A stretch of 63,958 nucleotides of DNA, filler included, from Licmophora abbreviata (lineage: Eukaryota): assembly GCA_900291995.1 (NCBI GenBank). It is 16 parts of 16 records of this genome, joined end to end, with 100 filler letters (N's around TTAATTAATTAA, not from the genome) between each part and the next. Parts side by side here need not be neighbours in the genome. Positions count along the whole stretch, not along the records: positions 23,879 to 27,854 come from OLMU01000414.1; positions 27,955 to 29,638 come from OLMU01000415.1; positions 29,739 to 30,902 come from OLMU01000416.1; positions 31,003 to 32,994 come from OLMU01000417.1; positions 33,095 to 35,973 come from OLMU01000418.1; positions 36,074 to 40,734 come from OLMU01000419.1; 10 more parts are not named here. One strand, 5' to 3'. A model generated the notes under the pieces. It ran no database searches. It saw only the letters and a list, made by a program, of their open reading frames with translations, and was not told the DNA's origin. Shown here in pieces: positions 23,879 through 36,538 of this stretch; position 1 is the first letter of the stretch; the number at the start of each line of letters is the position of its first letter. The position numbers and the translations under genes were made by a program.

Positions 23879-26800
23879 TGTCTCATCGCCAGAATCTTAT
23901 TCGAGAACTTCAAGAAAGTACAGGAACCTGTGCTTGCGACGACAATGAAGAGGCTACTACCATTCGAATGCTCTCGGTCGGAGCCCCGGATCACTATCTT
24001 CACTTTGTCTACGACCGGTTCAGCAATCGTGCGGCCAAATTCCTGCAAAACACAGGAGTCACTGTGAGAGTCCAAGGCGAGGGCGACTTGGACAATCTCA
24101 ATGAAGAAATTTTTGCCGATGTCAAGGCAAGAGTTTTTGACGGATACGTCTTTCTGCCGTTTATCACTGGATCGCTTGTGGAGGAGAATGGGCTGGCAGA
24201 TCTAACAGATTTTGTAAGGAGCAACGAAGACATTGCCTGGACGGACGTCTTCCCATTTAATCGCGATGTTCAGGCTGTCTACGACAACGTCGTCCGTGTG
24301 CTGCCCTGCGACGGCGACGTCCACTCGATGTTCTACCGGAAGGATCTATTCGAAGAGTACAATGTCACCGTTCCTCGAACGTGGGATGAATACACGGAGG
24401 CTGCTGCGTCCTTTCACGGCATGTCTGTCCCGAAAGGCGATGGTAGTGGTGAGAACGTGACGCTTGTTGGGAGCTGCGTTGGGAGGCGTCCGAACTGTCT
24501 CGACTTTGGTTTCTTCAACATGCTCGTTCATTCCACTTCCACGCAGGCGGGAGGAACAAGCTCTGGAGCCTTGTTCGATCCAGAAAATTTCGATCCGCTG
24601 ATGGGAGAGGCTATGGCAGAGACGCTCCGACACTTGGAAAATCAGATCAAGTATGGAGCCGATGATGGTACGTCCTCTTGCGGTCTTGTCCTATTTGCCG
24701 CTTGGGAAGCATCACTATGCTTTTGCCTTGCGAATTGACGCCTCATCACTATCTCCCCTCTCTCATGTACACCTTCAGAGCTAACAAATGAAAACTGCAG
24801 TGGCCTCAATATTGCCATGATGAATGAAGGGACAGTGTGCCATGACGTACATGTGGGGCGACTCGTTTGCTCGTCATTTGTTGGAAGGAAGCGTCATCGA
24901 AGGAAAACTAGGCATCGCCCCGACGCCGGGAGTGACCAAGGTTCTGGACCGCTTGACGGGCAAGTTGGTTGATTGTACGGAAAACATTTGTCCTCATGGC
25001 GAGACAATTGACGGCATCGGGCGCGTGAATCGAGCTCCATATGCAGCCGCTGGAGGGTGGTCGGTAGGTGTTTCGGCCGGAGCCTCTCCGGCGAGACAGG
25101 CAGCAATGGCGGACTTCTTTGGAATGGTCTGCGGCAAAGAGGAGTCCATCGAAGATGTGATTCCCTTTGCACAGGGGCCCCTTTTTACGGGTACAGATCC
25201 CTATCGAAAGTCTCACTTCAATATCTCCAAGTGGATCGAGAGAGGTTATCCCAGTGAGACGACTCGAGAGTACCAAGCAACAATCGAGGAACAGTTGGGT
25301 AGCCCTAACACGGTTCTGGATGTGCGATTCCCGGAAGCCAACCGGTTCTTGACAGCCATGCATGATCGCATCTTCCAGCATCTCGACGAAAGTCTGCTTG
25401 TGCAGAAGACGCATGAAGATCGCATGGCAGTCTCCGCCAGCATCGACGCAGCCTGGCGTGAAATACGAGAGGACTTTGATAGTCGCAGCTCGCGCCCTCT
25501 TCTGACTATCTATCAGAAGTCTCTTAACGTCTATGTCCCTCTTCGCGAGAGTGAGTCCGGGCAATTGAGTGCGGGAGCCGTTGCAGGTATTGTTGTCGGA
25601 TGCTGTGCATTTGTGGCGATCGTTGTGGGTCTCTTAGCCTACGTTTCCTTGAAAAAGGAGAAGAGAAGAGCAAGGAACAATGGCAGATCAAGAGTGAACA
25701 TCTCCGACTGACCGGCGAGATCCTTGGCGAGGGATCTTTCGGTGTGATCACGAAGGGATACCTGCAAGGAACTCCTGTTGCGGTAAAAACATCAACTCAG
25801 ATGTACAGTCGCCTTGATAGTGACGGAGACGGGTCCACCAGTTTGTCGTCTCAACTTCAGGGTACAAAGGTTAGTTACCGTCAGATGAAAGAAGAACTCC
25901 TAGTTCTGGTCAAATTGCGAAACCCTCAGATTGTGCAGACACTGGGGGCCACGGTCGATCGAAAGACTGTCTTTGTTGTGTTCGAGTTCATGGCCAATGG
26001 TAGTTTGGCCAGCGTCCTTGCAGATCCATCTGGGGTCGCAGGTGGGGCTGGGAGTGCTTTTGAGATGCAGTGGGCACTACAGGTTGCCAAGGGACTAGAA
26101 TTTCTCCATTCTGTCAATCCTCCCACTGGTCCACTCCTCCACGAGGACCTTAAAGCCTCCCATGTTTTGATTGACGCTTCTTACAACGCAAAGCTATCGA
26201 ATTTCGCCCTAGAAGCGCGAGTCACGGGGTCGAATCGGAACCAAGGCACGCTCTTGTGGACGGCACCTGAAGTTTTGAATGGCCAAAAGCCGTCAAAGGA
26301 TTCTGACGTGTATTCGTATGGGATGTTGTTGTAAGTTTTGTGTCGAGTAAGGGCGACCGGTGGTCTCGAGCATCGTGTACTTACTGAGCCTGATTGTTTC
26401 TGATTGTCGAGGTAGGTACGAAATGATAGCCCGAGCCCGACCATTCTTGGTGCGTCGCTTCTCCAAGAGCTCTTTCACAGAAATTACGGAATCGACCCTA
26501 TCAATGAACACCGATGACGAATGTCTGGTAAGGCCAGAAGAGGAGGATAAGGTTGAGTATTTCGGTGAACAGAACGGCCACCGGGCAACAGTTCCGGAAA
26601 TCGTCAGTCGCGTTTCAGATTTGACTCTCGAACCACCGATGCGTCCTGACATCCCTGCCGACGCACCGCAGCTACTCAAAGACTTGACCGTTGAGTGTTG
26701 GCACAAGAACCCGCTACGCCGCCCGAAGATTGATGAAATTGTTGACCGTCTACAAAAGGGCGTGTCCCCGACAAGTCTCACGCAGCAGCTTTTCCAAAGA

Positions 26801-27649
26801 GGTGCTGTTTTTGATTCGATCCTGCCACCCCACGTGCAGGATGCACTTTCGCGGGGTGAGGCAGTCCCGCCTGAAAAGTACGACGACGTCACCGTTATCT
26901 TTTCTGATATCGTCGGCTTCACCGCGACATGCTCCATGCTCTCCGCCGAAGAAGTTGGCGATCTAATTCATCGACTCTTTACACAGTACGACGAGTTGGC
27001 CACAAAGTATGAAGTCAAGAAGCTTGATGTAATCGGTGACGCTTTTCTCGGCGTATGTGGCATTCCAACGGATGTCTCCGACCACGCTTTGCGAGCGGGA
27101 TGTTTCGCACTTGAAGCCATCAATGCAGCGATGCAGACCCCTATTTGCCCCACAAAGCCGCAGATGGGGAACATTAGCATTCGATTTGGTCTTGCTTCTG
27201 GACCTGTTGTTGCAACCGTTATTGGTAGCGCCAAACACCCAAAGTACACACTGTTCGGGACGACAGTGAACACCAGCAGCCGTATGGAAAGCTCTTCCGA
27301 GCCCAACAGAGTCCAGTGCACAGGGGAGACGGCAGACCTCGTAAAGGCGTCCAATGCCGGGATCGATGTGGAGTATCGGAAGAAAATGGATATCAAAGGC
27401 CGTGGGGAGTTGGACACTTACTTTCTGAACGGTCCCAAGGAGGGATTCGATTCGACGCTTCGTAAATTGAGACGCCGAACGAACAGCATGGACGAACGTC
27501 GGTCTTCAATGGGAGACATCATCCCGCTACGGGCCATTCACACCAGTACAGATGGGACTTCGTTCCAGGAATCGTTCAACAGTGAATCTGATCCCCCTGA
27601 AGAAGGCACGAAGGCACAGGACTCCGTGCCAACAGTTTTGTCCGACTGA
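23879..27649 (+). CDS. Receptor-type class III nucleotide cyclase: extracellular sugar-binding-protein domain, TM, pseudokinase, cyclase; 5' end in gap, 2 introns, frameshift at about 25655-25675
   Basis: SBP motifs LADLTDFV, LPCDGDVHSMFYRKDLF, VPRTWDEY, GIAPTPG; TM AVAGIVVGCCAFVAIVVGLLAYV; kinase LGEGSFG, VAVK, LHEDLK, WTAPE; cyclase VIFSDIVGFT, IGDA, KYTLFGTTVNTSSRMES. Confidence 0.88.
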
Positions 27650-28079
27650 GGAAAGGGGGCACGGCGATGACGCGATACGACTATTGAATGGGGTGATACT
27701 GTTTGCTTGTATTTCTTCTTATGTTATAAACATTTGTTGTTTGCGCTTCGTCTCTCTTGGACTAGCGATCGGCTCGACGACTGCGAAAGAGCAATCTCGA
27801 AATCGAGCCGGCTGTGTGGGACGAGATGAGATTCAAAAAGAGCTCGCACCTTTGNNNNNNNNNNNNNNNNNNNNNNNNNNNNNNNNNNNNNNNNNNNNTT
27901 AATTAATTAANNNNNNNNNNNNNNNNNNNNNNNNNNNNNNNNNNNNNNNNNNNNATGGCGGCGTCGCGGCGCCGAAGCTCTGAAAGAGAGAAGCCGACAC
28001 TCTCTTGTGGCCTACTCTGCTGCTCTTACTTGAAACTGCTCTGTGCTACCGGTACATACTTCATCCTGAATGCGTTGCT

Positions 28080-29207
28080 ATGAAGCGAGGGTGGGCTCTA
28101 TCTCGCCCGATCTATCTTCTGTTTTCGTTTTTCCTCTTGCGAGTGACATGCCTCTCAACATCCGTTGTCCCGCGGTACACCACAAACGTGGTAACAACCC
28201 ACGGTGCTACGGCCAATGAGAATGTCTTACTTCTATCGGTAGGAAGGGCTCGCTCATGCCGTACAATACTGCGTGCTAGATACTGGGAAGGAGACGATAC
28301 ACGATGGATTCAGAGGATACGTCGACGCTTTTCTAGATCAAAATCGAGAGATCCGACTCCATGTCGCAATACGATTGTCTCCCTAAACGTCGCTCTCTTT
28401 TGCTATCAGTTCATCAACGCAGTGAACACTATCCGAATGAAACACCCCTCTTATTGGCCCAGTGAAGCTTTCGAGATAACTATGGACGCGTTGCTGGGTA
28501 CCTCGATTCTGGGACCCCTGTCGATGGATTTTGTCCACTCGCCGAGCTTGTCAAGGCGACAACCACATCGATATCTGACAGCTGGCTTCCTTCACGGTGG
28601 ACTTCTTCACTTACTAGTCAACATGGACGCTCTACGTCGTTCTCCAGCTTGGTTGGAGACGGGTCTTGGGTGGCCGCTATATCTCACAACGTTCGTGGGC
28701 GGAATAATTGGAGGCAACCTATGGCACTCATGGAGCTCGCTCGACAACTCGTTGTGTTTGGGCGCAAGCGGTGGAATCTGCGCTCTCTATGGCCTCATGT
28801 TGACCGCATTCGTTCGAATGGGAAACTCTCAGGGATCTAGTCGCGTAGTGCGCAGCATGGGGCTTCTGCTGCTCTATGGCTCGTTGTTTGAAAACATTAG
28901 CAATTCCGCGCATGTTGGCGGGTTCCTCGCTGGACTGGTCGCTGGGGCTCTCTGTGGACCGGGCTATCGCAAGAGTTACACACTGCTTCGAAAGAATAGT
29001 CTAGAGGTGGACACAGTCTCGGCCGAGTTCCGTCAAGCCATGGGCTTTGGAAGGGTTCCAAAGAAGACGGGGCTCGTCCGCTTGCCGCTTGTGTGGATCT
29101 TGTCGGTGCTAGCATTGGCGGCACAGCCAGTCTATCGGCGAATACCAGTGCTGATCTATCGAGGTTTGCTACATCCCGGCTCACTTTCCAGCATGCGAGT
29201 GTACTGA
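28080..29207 (+). CDS. Rhomboid-family intramembrane serine protease with N-terminal targeting peptide
   Basis: LTAGFLHGGLLHLLVNM, GASG (catalytic Ser), SAHVGGFLAG (catalytic His). Confidence 0.9.
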   Translation: MKRGWALSRPIYLLFSFFLLRVTCLSTSVVPRYTTNVVTTHGATANENVLLLSVGRARSCRTILRARYWEGDDTRWIQRIRRRFSRSKSRDPTPCRNTIVSLNVALFCYQFINAVNTIRMKHPSYWPSEAFEITMDALLGTSILGPLSMDFVHSPSLSRRQPHRYLTAGFLHGGLLHLLVNMDALRRSPAWLETGLGWPLYLTTFVGGIIGGNLWHSWSSLDNSLCLGASGGICALYGLMLTAFVRMGNSQGSSRVVRSMGLLLLYGSLFENISNSAHVGGFLAGLVAGALCGPGYRKSYTLLRKNSLEVDTVSAEFRQAMGFGRVPKKTGLVRLPLVWILSVLALAAQPVYRRIPVLIYRGLLHPGSLSSMRVY

Positions 29208-29820
29208 AATTTGAGAAAATTACTATGTACGAACTTAGAAGGGAAACTGCGACAAATCATTCAAGGTTGTTGTTGCTACTGTCGATGTATTCGCAGCCGC
29301 TTCCTTCTATCAACTATAGCTCATCTTGGGTAGGCCACAATAGCAAGCTTCCTCCTCGTGTGCGCTGAAAGAAGGAGTATGGCTAGACTTAGCAGCAAGT
29401 ATGATAGGTCCCCGGCAATGATGCATAGAGTTGCCACGCCGCCTCTTGGTCGAAGACGACCGATGCATGCAGGCAACGTACGACAGTCAGACATGCACTT
29501 CGTGGTTGGCTTCTCTTTGTCACTACGACAGATGCATCATAAGTAAGATTGATGGCTCTGACGTTTTTCGTCTCAAGCTGCCCCCGATGTCTGCCGCTTC
29601 GAAAGAAAACAGACGCGGAAAAAGTGCCGACTCATCATNNNNNNNNNNNNNNNNNNNNNNNNNNNNNNNNNNNNNNNNNNNNTTAATTAATTAANNNNNN
29701 NNNNNNNNNNNNNNNNNNNNNNNNNNNNNNNNNNNNNNAATGGAAGATGTTGATGGATGTGACTGAATAAGTCCATATCTTAACCGCACTAACCCCCTTT
29801 CTACCCTATCTCCTTGAATG

Positions 29821-30763
29821 ATGTTGACCGCAATTACAAATAGAGCTGCCTCCAAAGCTCGTTTGTTGGGTGTCCAGGGAGCGAAGATTGGGCGACTTGC
29901 CTCGACGCAGGCGCAGTCAGCGGCGGACGTTTCGTCGGCAACTGCGGTAAGCCCCCTGCTATCAATAGCAACGCAACTGGTTTTTTTCTTTCGCAATCAC
30001 TCATTCGCGGAAACATTTTTCACTCTCTGATGCTCTTTGTTCTCAGGGGGCGGAATGCCTGGAGAGACAAGCTTTTCTTCAAGAGGCGGCAAAGGTATGT
30101 CGACCGCCCATTGTCGCAGACCGCGTGGCATCTTGTTCATTATACGCGAAGGACTCAAATACAGCCTCATTTCTTCCTTATCTCATCACTTAGAACGAAT
30201 CCCTTCAAAATTCCATGGCCTACGCCTTGTCTTTTGCCCAAGACGACAACGACAACGGCCTGTCCTCAAGTCTTTTTGTCAGTGAGCCACACAGTGGTAT
30301 GCTACGACAGCTGGCCAACAGTCAAGATCAGCTCAAGAAACACGCATCTAATGCTCCTGCTACTAGTGACATTCGTCCGGTTTCAAATCGCAAGCTGCCT
30401 CGTACACTCCAAGATGCGTTGCGTCCTACCCATCGTCAAGCCATTGTCATTACGGAAACGCAAGCACCGTTCCGAGTCGTTGACGTCAACAAGGCGTGGG
30501 AGGGACTCTGTGGATACACGTACGTGGAGAGCGAAGGCAAAACTCTTGGATCACTGTTGAAAGGACCCGAGACGAATACGGCGACGGCGACGGCTCTCAT
30601 TGCGCAACTGCTGCGAGGAGAAGAGGCGGGTGCTGTACTCACCAACTATACCAAGACAGGGCGACGTTTCCAGAACCACCTCCGTGTCGGACCTCTTGTG
30701 GATGAATCCAATAAGGTCACGCATTTTGTAGGAGTTTTACAGGAGATTCCGGAGGGTATGTAA
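29821..30763 (+). CDS. LOV-like PAS-domain protein lacking the photoactive Cys, with a mitochondrial-type presequence; exons 29821-29946, 30047-30094, 30194-30763
   Basis: Two phase-0 GT-AG introns join in frame; PAS motifs AIVITE..PFRVVDVNKAWEGLCGY, LLKGPET, LTNYTKTGRRFQNHL, VTHFVGVLQ. Confidence 0.8.
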
Positions 30764-31204
30764 GAAGAGTGTGAGCAAAAGAAGAAGGAGGCAAGGCGAG
30801 TACGCGCTTGAGCTTTTCTTGTTTTGGCTATCATTGGATAAACGAGATATCGATGATTTATTTTCGCTTCCGTTAGGATAGAGTAGGTATCTATACGCAC
30901 AANNNNNNNNNNNNNNNNNNNNNNNNNNNNNNNNNNNNNNNNNNNNTTAATTAATTAANNNNNNNNNNNNNNNNNNNNNNNNNNNNNNNNNNNNNNNNNN
31001 NNCCAATAAGGTCACGCATTTTGTAGGAGTATTACAGGAGATTCCGGAGGGTATGTAAGAAGAGTGTGAGCAAAAGAAGAAGGAGGCAAGGCGAGTACGC
31101 GCTTGAGCTTTTCTTGTTTTGGCTATCATTAGATAAACGAGATATCGATGATTTTTAGTTTTATTTTCGCTTCCGTTAGGATAGAGTAGGTATCTATACG
31201 CACA
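30708..31204 (+). repeat. Near-identical duplicate flanking a gap (30708-30902 vs 31003-31204); probably two alleles
   Basis: Same sequence on both sides of the spacer, with two substitutions and a short indel. Confidence 0.85.
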
Positions 31205-31459
31205 AAGAGGTTGTAAACTGTGAAGCAGAGCTGTTGATGAGCCAAGAAAACGAGCTTGTGTTGCATGATTGTTGCAGAACAAGGAATAACGCTTCGCACC
31301 TGCCCCAAATCGTCGGTTCCGGATTCTGTCGTCTGGCCTTCCTCCTTCAGTCTTCGGATTTGCCTTAGCGTAGATCTCAGTACAGATTCTACAAAGCAGA
31401 CTCGACTGACTCGTCTTTCGCTCTGACTCGACTAGATTTGACTCACTTTTTCAACAACC

Positions 31460-32622
31460 ATGGGCCCAAACCCAGCTGCGGCCGAAGCAAAAGCCCGTTT
31501 GTCTTCTCCGACAACCGTGTTGGGCGCAGGAGCAGATAATATATCGCGGGGCAACAAGCTGATACCGCAAAAAGCAAAAATGTCATCAAGAAAAGGTAAA
31601 AACCTGCCATGAGAAATCAAGTCCTGGCTTCTCGGTTCACAGAAGGTGTCCACTGGATGTTCACTCAACCGTCCGTTCTCCTGGTCACATCAACAACAGA
31701 GAATCACATAGACTCTTCTCCTGCGACGTTGCTACCGTGGACAGGCGCGTTAGTCTGGCCCCTCATGCTGACGCTTCCCCTGCTTCTCACGTCTCGTTGG
31801 AGTCCGACCTCGTACGAAGCACTGTTTCCGTCGTCCTGGTATGACTACAATCCCATCGCTAAAGAGGAATGGCCGAAACCACTGGGTCTGTCTCTGGGAA
31901 TTCTGGCTGTAGCGATTGGACAAGTCTTTATATTGATTTACTTTTTCCTGCACAAATATGGCTACCTGTCGTTGGGGGTACCGCCAAAGTCCATTCAGTC
32001 CGCAGGAGCGCCAGAGTACGAATTCCCCGAGGGATTGGTGACGCATCTCTCGCAACCAGAAGGATTCGTATTGTTAGTTGGATACCTTTCCGTCACATGG
32101 ATGTTCCATCTCATGCCCAACTCGTACTATTCATTTGAGGGAAGCGTTCAGTGGAGAGAGTTTGCGTGCTGTCTGGTCTTGCAAGATGGCATTCAGTATT
32201 TGATGCATCTGCTGGAGCATGTGGTTTCGCCAACCTTTTATCAAAAATCCCACAAACCGCATCATAGATTTACCAATCCCCGCTTGTTTGATGCCTTCAA
32301 CGGAAGTGTAACGGATACCATTTGCATGATTCTGATTCCTCTTTTTGCTACAGCCAATCTCGTGCGAACCTGCAATGTCTGGACGTACATGGCATTTGGA
32401 AGTGCCTATGCCAACTGGCTGACGCTGATTCACTCCGAGTATGTGTTTCCATGGGACGGACTCTTCCGAAGACTGGGGTTGGGCACACCGGGAGATCATC
32501 ATGTGCATCACAAAGTTTTCAAGTACAACTACGGACACTTGTTCATGTGGTTCGATCAGATGTGCGGCACGTACCGGGATCCATGCGATTTAGAGAAGCG
32601 TGGATTCAATCAGAATGTGTAA
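31460..32622 (+). CDS. Fatty-acid hydroxylase/sterol desaturase superfamily membrane enzyme; intron 31596-31711
   Basis: His boxes YLMHLLEH, SHKPHH, LIHS, DHHVHH and NYG..FMWFDQMCGTY; several TM segments. Confidence 0.88.
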
Positions 32623-32684
32623 ACAGTATCGCGAAATAACTGTAACTAGATTTTCATAGTAGGACGGTACCCACCACGGTTACT

Positions 32685-34560
32685 TTAGAGACTGGACTGG
32701 GCTTGGACAGCAGTCGCGGCAAACGAGAGAGCACTTGCTGAAAGCCCTGGATCGCAAGTGACCGACGCCTCGTCCTGCAAGAGCGTTGATAATTTCGACA
32801 TAGCTCGCGGCAGGTCGACAAAGAGTGCTTTGAAGGACTGATTCGCCGTCCTCCATGTTGCGCCGAGTGTACGACTACTCGGCAACGGCGGAAAGAGAAT
32901 TCTTGATCGCTCGTATCTGAGTAAACGAAGGACTCTGGCCCCGTCCCGCAATCTTTCGCCCACATATTCATCACTTGATACGATTCGATCCACCNNNNNN
33001 NNNNNNNNNNNNNNNNNNNNNNNNNNNNNNNNNNNNNNTTAATTAATTAANNNNNNNNNNNNNNNNNNNNNNNNNNNNNNNNNNNNNNNNNNNNAATCCT
33101 GCATCCAGAGCATCGCACCCAAGCCAAGTATCCCCTGTTGCAATCTTGTTGATATTCTGGCCTAGTACAGGCCGTGCCGTTGCTACATGCATTTTGAAAG
33201 CGTCGTGAGTGGAGTCCACCATGGATTGTACCTTGGCGACGCCATCTCTTGTAATTTCGCCGATCAACCCAACCGGCGCTTTATCCTTTCCACCGCGAAA
33301 CACGAGCGGTCTCACACCCCATCCCAGGAGAACTCGTTGGATATTGATGGAAGAGCCAATCACACCTATGCTTCCCAGTACCGCGAAGGGTGCGGCGTAT
33401 AGCCGCCCAGGACTGGAACAACATGCGACCATGTATCCGCCGGATGCGGCAACTTTGTCAACACAGACCGTGAGGGTGATTCCTGGTGCATTTCGTAGGC
33501 GAAGAATCTGCTGAGCGGCTAAGCCGTAATCGGCGGCGCTACCACCAGGCGACTCGAGTAGTACCACTACTTCTATTTGAGCCCCGGTCGTGTCTGTTGC
33601 ATCCGGTATTCTCGTATTATTCGATTTCGTGACGCTTGTTTCTTGAGTAGTATTCGACTCACTGGGGCGTTGCTGCGACAGAAGGAAAGACACTTGGTCG
33701 CGCAGAAGCGGCATCTGCGTCACGGACTGGGTTAGCTTTGTCCAGTCCAGCAAAATCACTAGATCCTCAGAAGACCTCGTCTTTGATTCGGGCGCCTGCG
33801 ACCGTGTCGAAAAGTCCTGAGCAGCTTCGTTCGAAGGTTTCATTGCTTTGTGAAACGCCAAAGCGTCGCGAGTGTATCGCTCGTTGACTCTTTCGAACGT
33901 CCAGTGCTGGTCAATCGGGGGAACATACACGGATGACTGCATCGGGTGCATCAGCCTCGAAAGCAGCGGGGCGAGAAGTACACCCTTCGGTCCCATCGGA
34001 AACATCGTACCAGAGTCTGATCCCTTCTGCATGCGTCGCATAAAATCGACAAACAAGAGTATCTTGAGCACGGACGTAGGACTAATGTTGACCGTGCGGG
34101 AGAGAACCTTCCCGGTCTCTGGATCAATCTTATGTGGGACCGTACAGAGTCTCAATAGTAGCTGCCCCAACTCATTTCGAAATGCAAATATAGCCAGAGC
34201 GACAGTGATTTTTACCCGATTCTTCTTGATAGCCTTTAGGGTGCGACGAGGTGAGATACCCTTGGACTTTCCGAGTGCATTGGCCAGGCGACGTTTGACA
34301 CCAGCGCCACCAGTGGCTTCGTCGTCGCCGTCGTAGTCAGTCTCATAGTCGTATTCGTCGTCATACTCATCGGCATCATCTGGATCTCCATAGTTAGGGT
34401 TCAGCTCAACAATATCGTCGACATCGGTTCTTGTGGTCGATGTAACAGTCAGATTTGCATCATCGGAGTCTGATGCGTTGCCGCTCTCTGCTCGGCACGT
34501 TGCGAGAACGGCGGCAAACACTACAAGCAATGTCAGTACACCGATTCGACTGGGATACAT
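32685..34560 (-). CDS. Peptidase S49 (SohB/SppA-like) with signal peptide; crosses the gap at 32995
   Basis: VLLESPGG..YGLAAQQILRLR, VCVDKVAASGGYMVAC, AAPFAVLGSIGV, IATGDTWLG..ALDAG|VDRIVSSDEY. Confidence 0.88.
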
Positions 34561-35012
34561 GATTCGAATAGACCAGTCCCTCCCCCGAAAGATGCGAAAC
34601 AATAGAGACTCTTGTGGCTGTCGGTTGTTGTTTGATCAGTGCACATCATCACATGGATCTCATCTTTCTCTAGGCACCGCCGCTTTTCGATCGGAATGGA
34701 TCCAAATCTGTCGCGTGTTGGCGCGCCGTCGAGCTCCTTAGGGTGATATGCAATCCCTGCGAGCTCGACTCGACGACACTGCACACACCTCCGTCTTCAG
34801 TGGCGATGAACGAGGGTACGCTTTCTGTCAACCCCATATCTATGTACGTTCAGCAACATAAGGCTAAAGTACTTGATTGACGCAATGAAGGGATACCTCA
34901 TCAAAGCATAGCAACAATCCAAGAGAGCTTATTTCTTCCTTTTCGAGTGAATCATGGAACAACATCCTATCACAAGATACTACATGCTAGCGTTGGTTCG
35001 TTCCAACTATCC

Positions 35013-36288
35013 TTACTGTTTCACGTACACGTCCCATCGATTCGCTGATCCTCGAATATCATACGATGGTCTTCTGTCGTGGTTTAGTCCACCGAGCGGT
35101 GCCGCGTTGACTGGTCGTTTCACAACGACGCGGAGCTTGGCAACCCGACAGGCTTCCTCCAGCAACTCGACTTCTGCTGAAGTGCCACCGGAGTCAACAA
35201 TCGAGCCATCATCACCATCACCATTATCATAAAATTGAGATACACTCTGCGAATCCAGTAGACTATGGAGAATCTGCATATTCTTCTTTACTGCTGCCGA
35301 CTTGGAGCGCGGTGGAAACATGGGATCCAAATAGCACACATCCGGCAACGCGGCATCCGAAGGCGATTCGCGTAGGAGTTTCCCCGCAACTTCTATTCCA
35401 TCTCCGACTTGCATGGATAGCTTGCTATGTAGGTCTTTAGCTGTTGCCTCACCTGCATCCGCAAGGTCCGCCAGGCGTCGCAGCGCATCCTGCAACAAGA
35501 CCGCCACAATGGGATTGCGTTCCACCATATGGACCGACGATGCGCCACCAGTTGCAATGAGGATTGCGTCCTGTCCAAAGCCAGCGGTCAAATCAAAGAC
35601 TGTCACTCCCTGTCCCTTATTGAAGGGTGAAACCGCCTTGAGGAGTAAATCTTTTCCCGATTGTCCTCGAGAGCGTTTGCCCTGTCGACTGTCTGCCGGT
35701 GGACAGAAATCGATAAACAGGGGTCGTCCAGTGATCTTTCTACCGCTTCGTCTTTTTCGAGATGATTTCTCTTGTCCCATCACTGGTAGACGTTCGATTG
35801 CAATAGCATGAGAGGAAATAGTGTGGAATTGATAAGGAACAATGGTCAGGTAATGTCGGACAGAGTCGAGTGAGTCCAACAACAGCGAGTCTTCGGGGTA
35901 CAATGGAAGGGACAAATTGGAAGCAAGTTCCCTGGACAGCTCCGAGAAGTCTCCACGATCAATGACGCACACANNNNNNNNNNNNNNNNNNNNNNNNNNN
36001 NNNNNNNNNNNNNNNNNTTAATTAATTAANNNNNNNNNNNNNNNNNNNNNNNNNNNNNNNNNNNNNNNNNNNNCTCACGCCGACTCGTTTGTTTTGCGGG
36101 TCCACTTTCGATGCAAATGACCTTGTGAACAATCCTGGACTCATGCACGTCGGAAAGAATTGAAATCCCATTACCAAGGCTTGACAAGGAGCTAGAAGTA
36201 CCGCTGCCAATACCATCACCGCCCAGACAAAGCCGACGAGGACCCTGACAACTTGCCGCCGTTCATTTCCCGCTCTGCTACATTCCAT
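35013..36288 (-). CDS. rsmJ: RsmJ/YhiQ-like SSU rRNA m2G1516 methyltransferase; hydrophobic leader lies across the gap at 35974
   Basis: VFDLTAGFGQDA, VERNPIVAVLLQDALRR, PDVCYLDPMFP..KSAAVKKNMQ, RVVVKRP, RWDVY. Confidence 0.85.
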
Positions 36289-36538
36289 GAATTCTCTTGA
36301 TCTCGCCAACACTATAGAAGTCTATCGAATCCATGCGTGCCGCCCTCCAGACACCTCAAGGTCCCCCCAAAACACTGTAATGGCTGTGTGAGTCTCGAGT
36401 CGAGCCTCATCCTCGCCACGGCGTCCCCTCGATGAGTTTTTCGCGTTGCCATCACTTTTTGTCATATATGAAGGTATACATAGCGGTATATACGGTATGT
36501 TGAGGATCTTTTTCGGGTCGTCGCGTGTTTCCAAATTC

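Noticed and set aside
25645..25680. Programmed -1 frameshift at G_AAA_AAG giving ectodomain-only vs full receptor
   Set aside because: Imperfect slippery heptamer, no obvious stimulatory structure, and similar one-A indels occur in unrelated genes including ORC5; sequencing error is more parsimonious.
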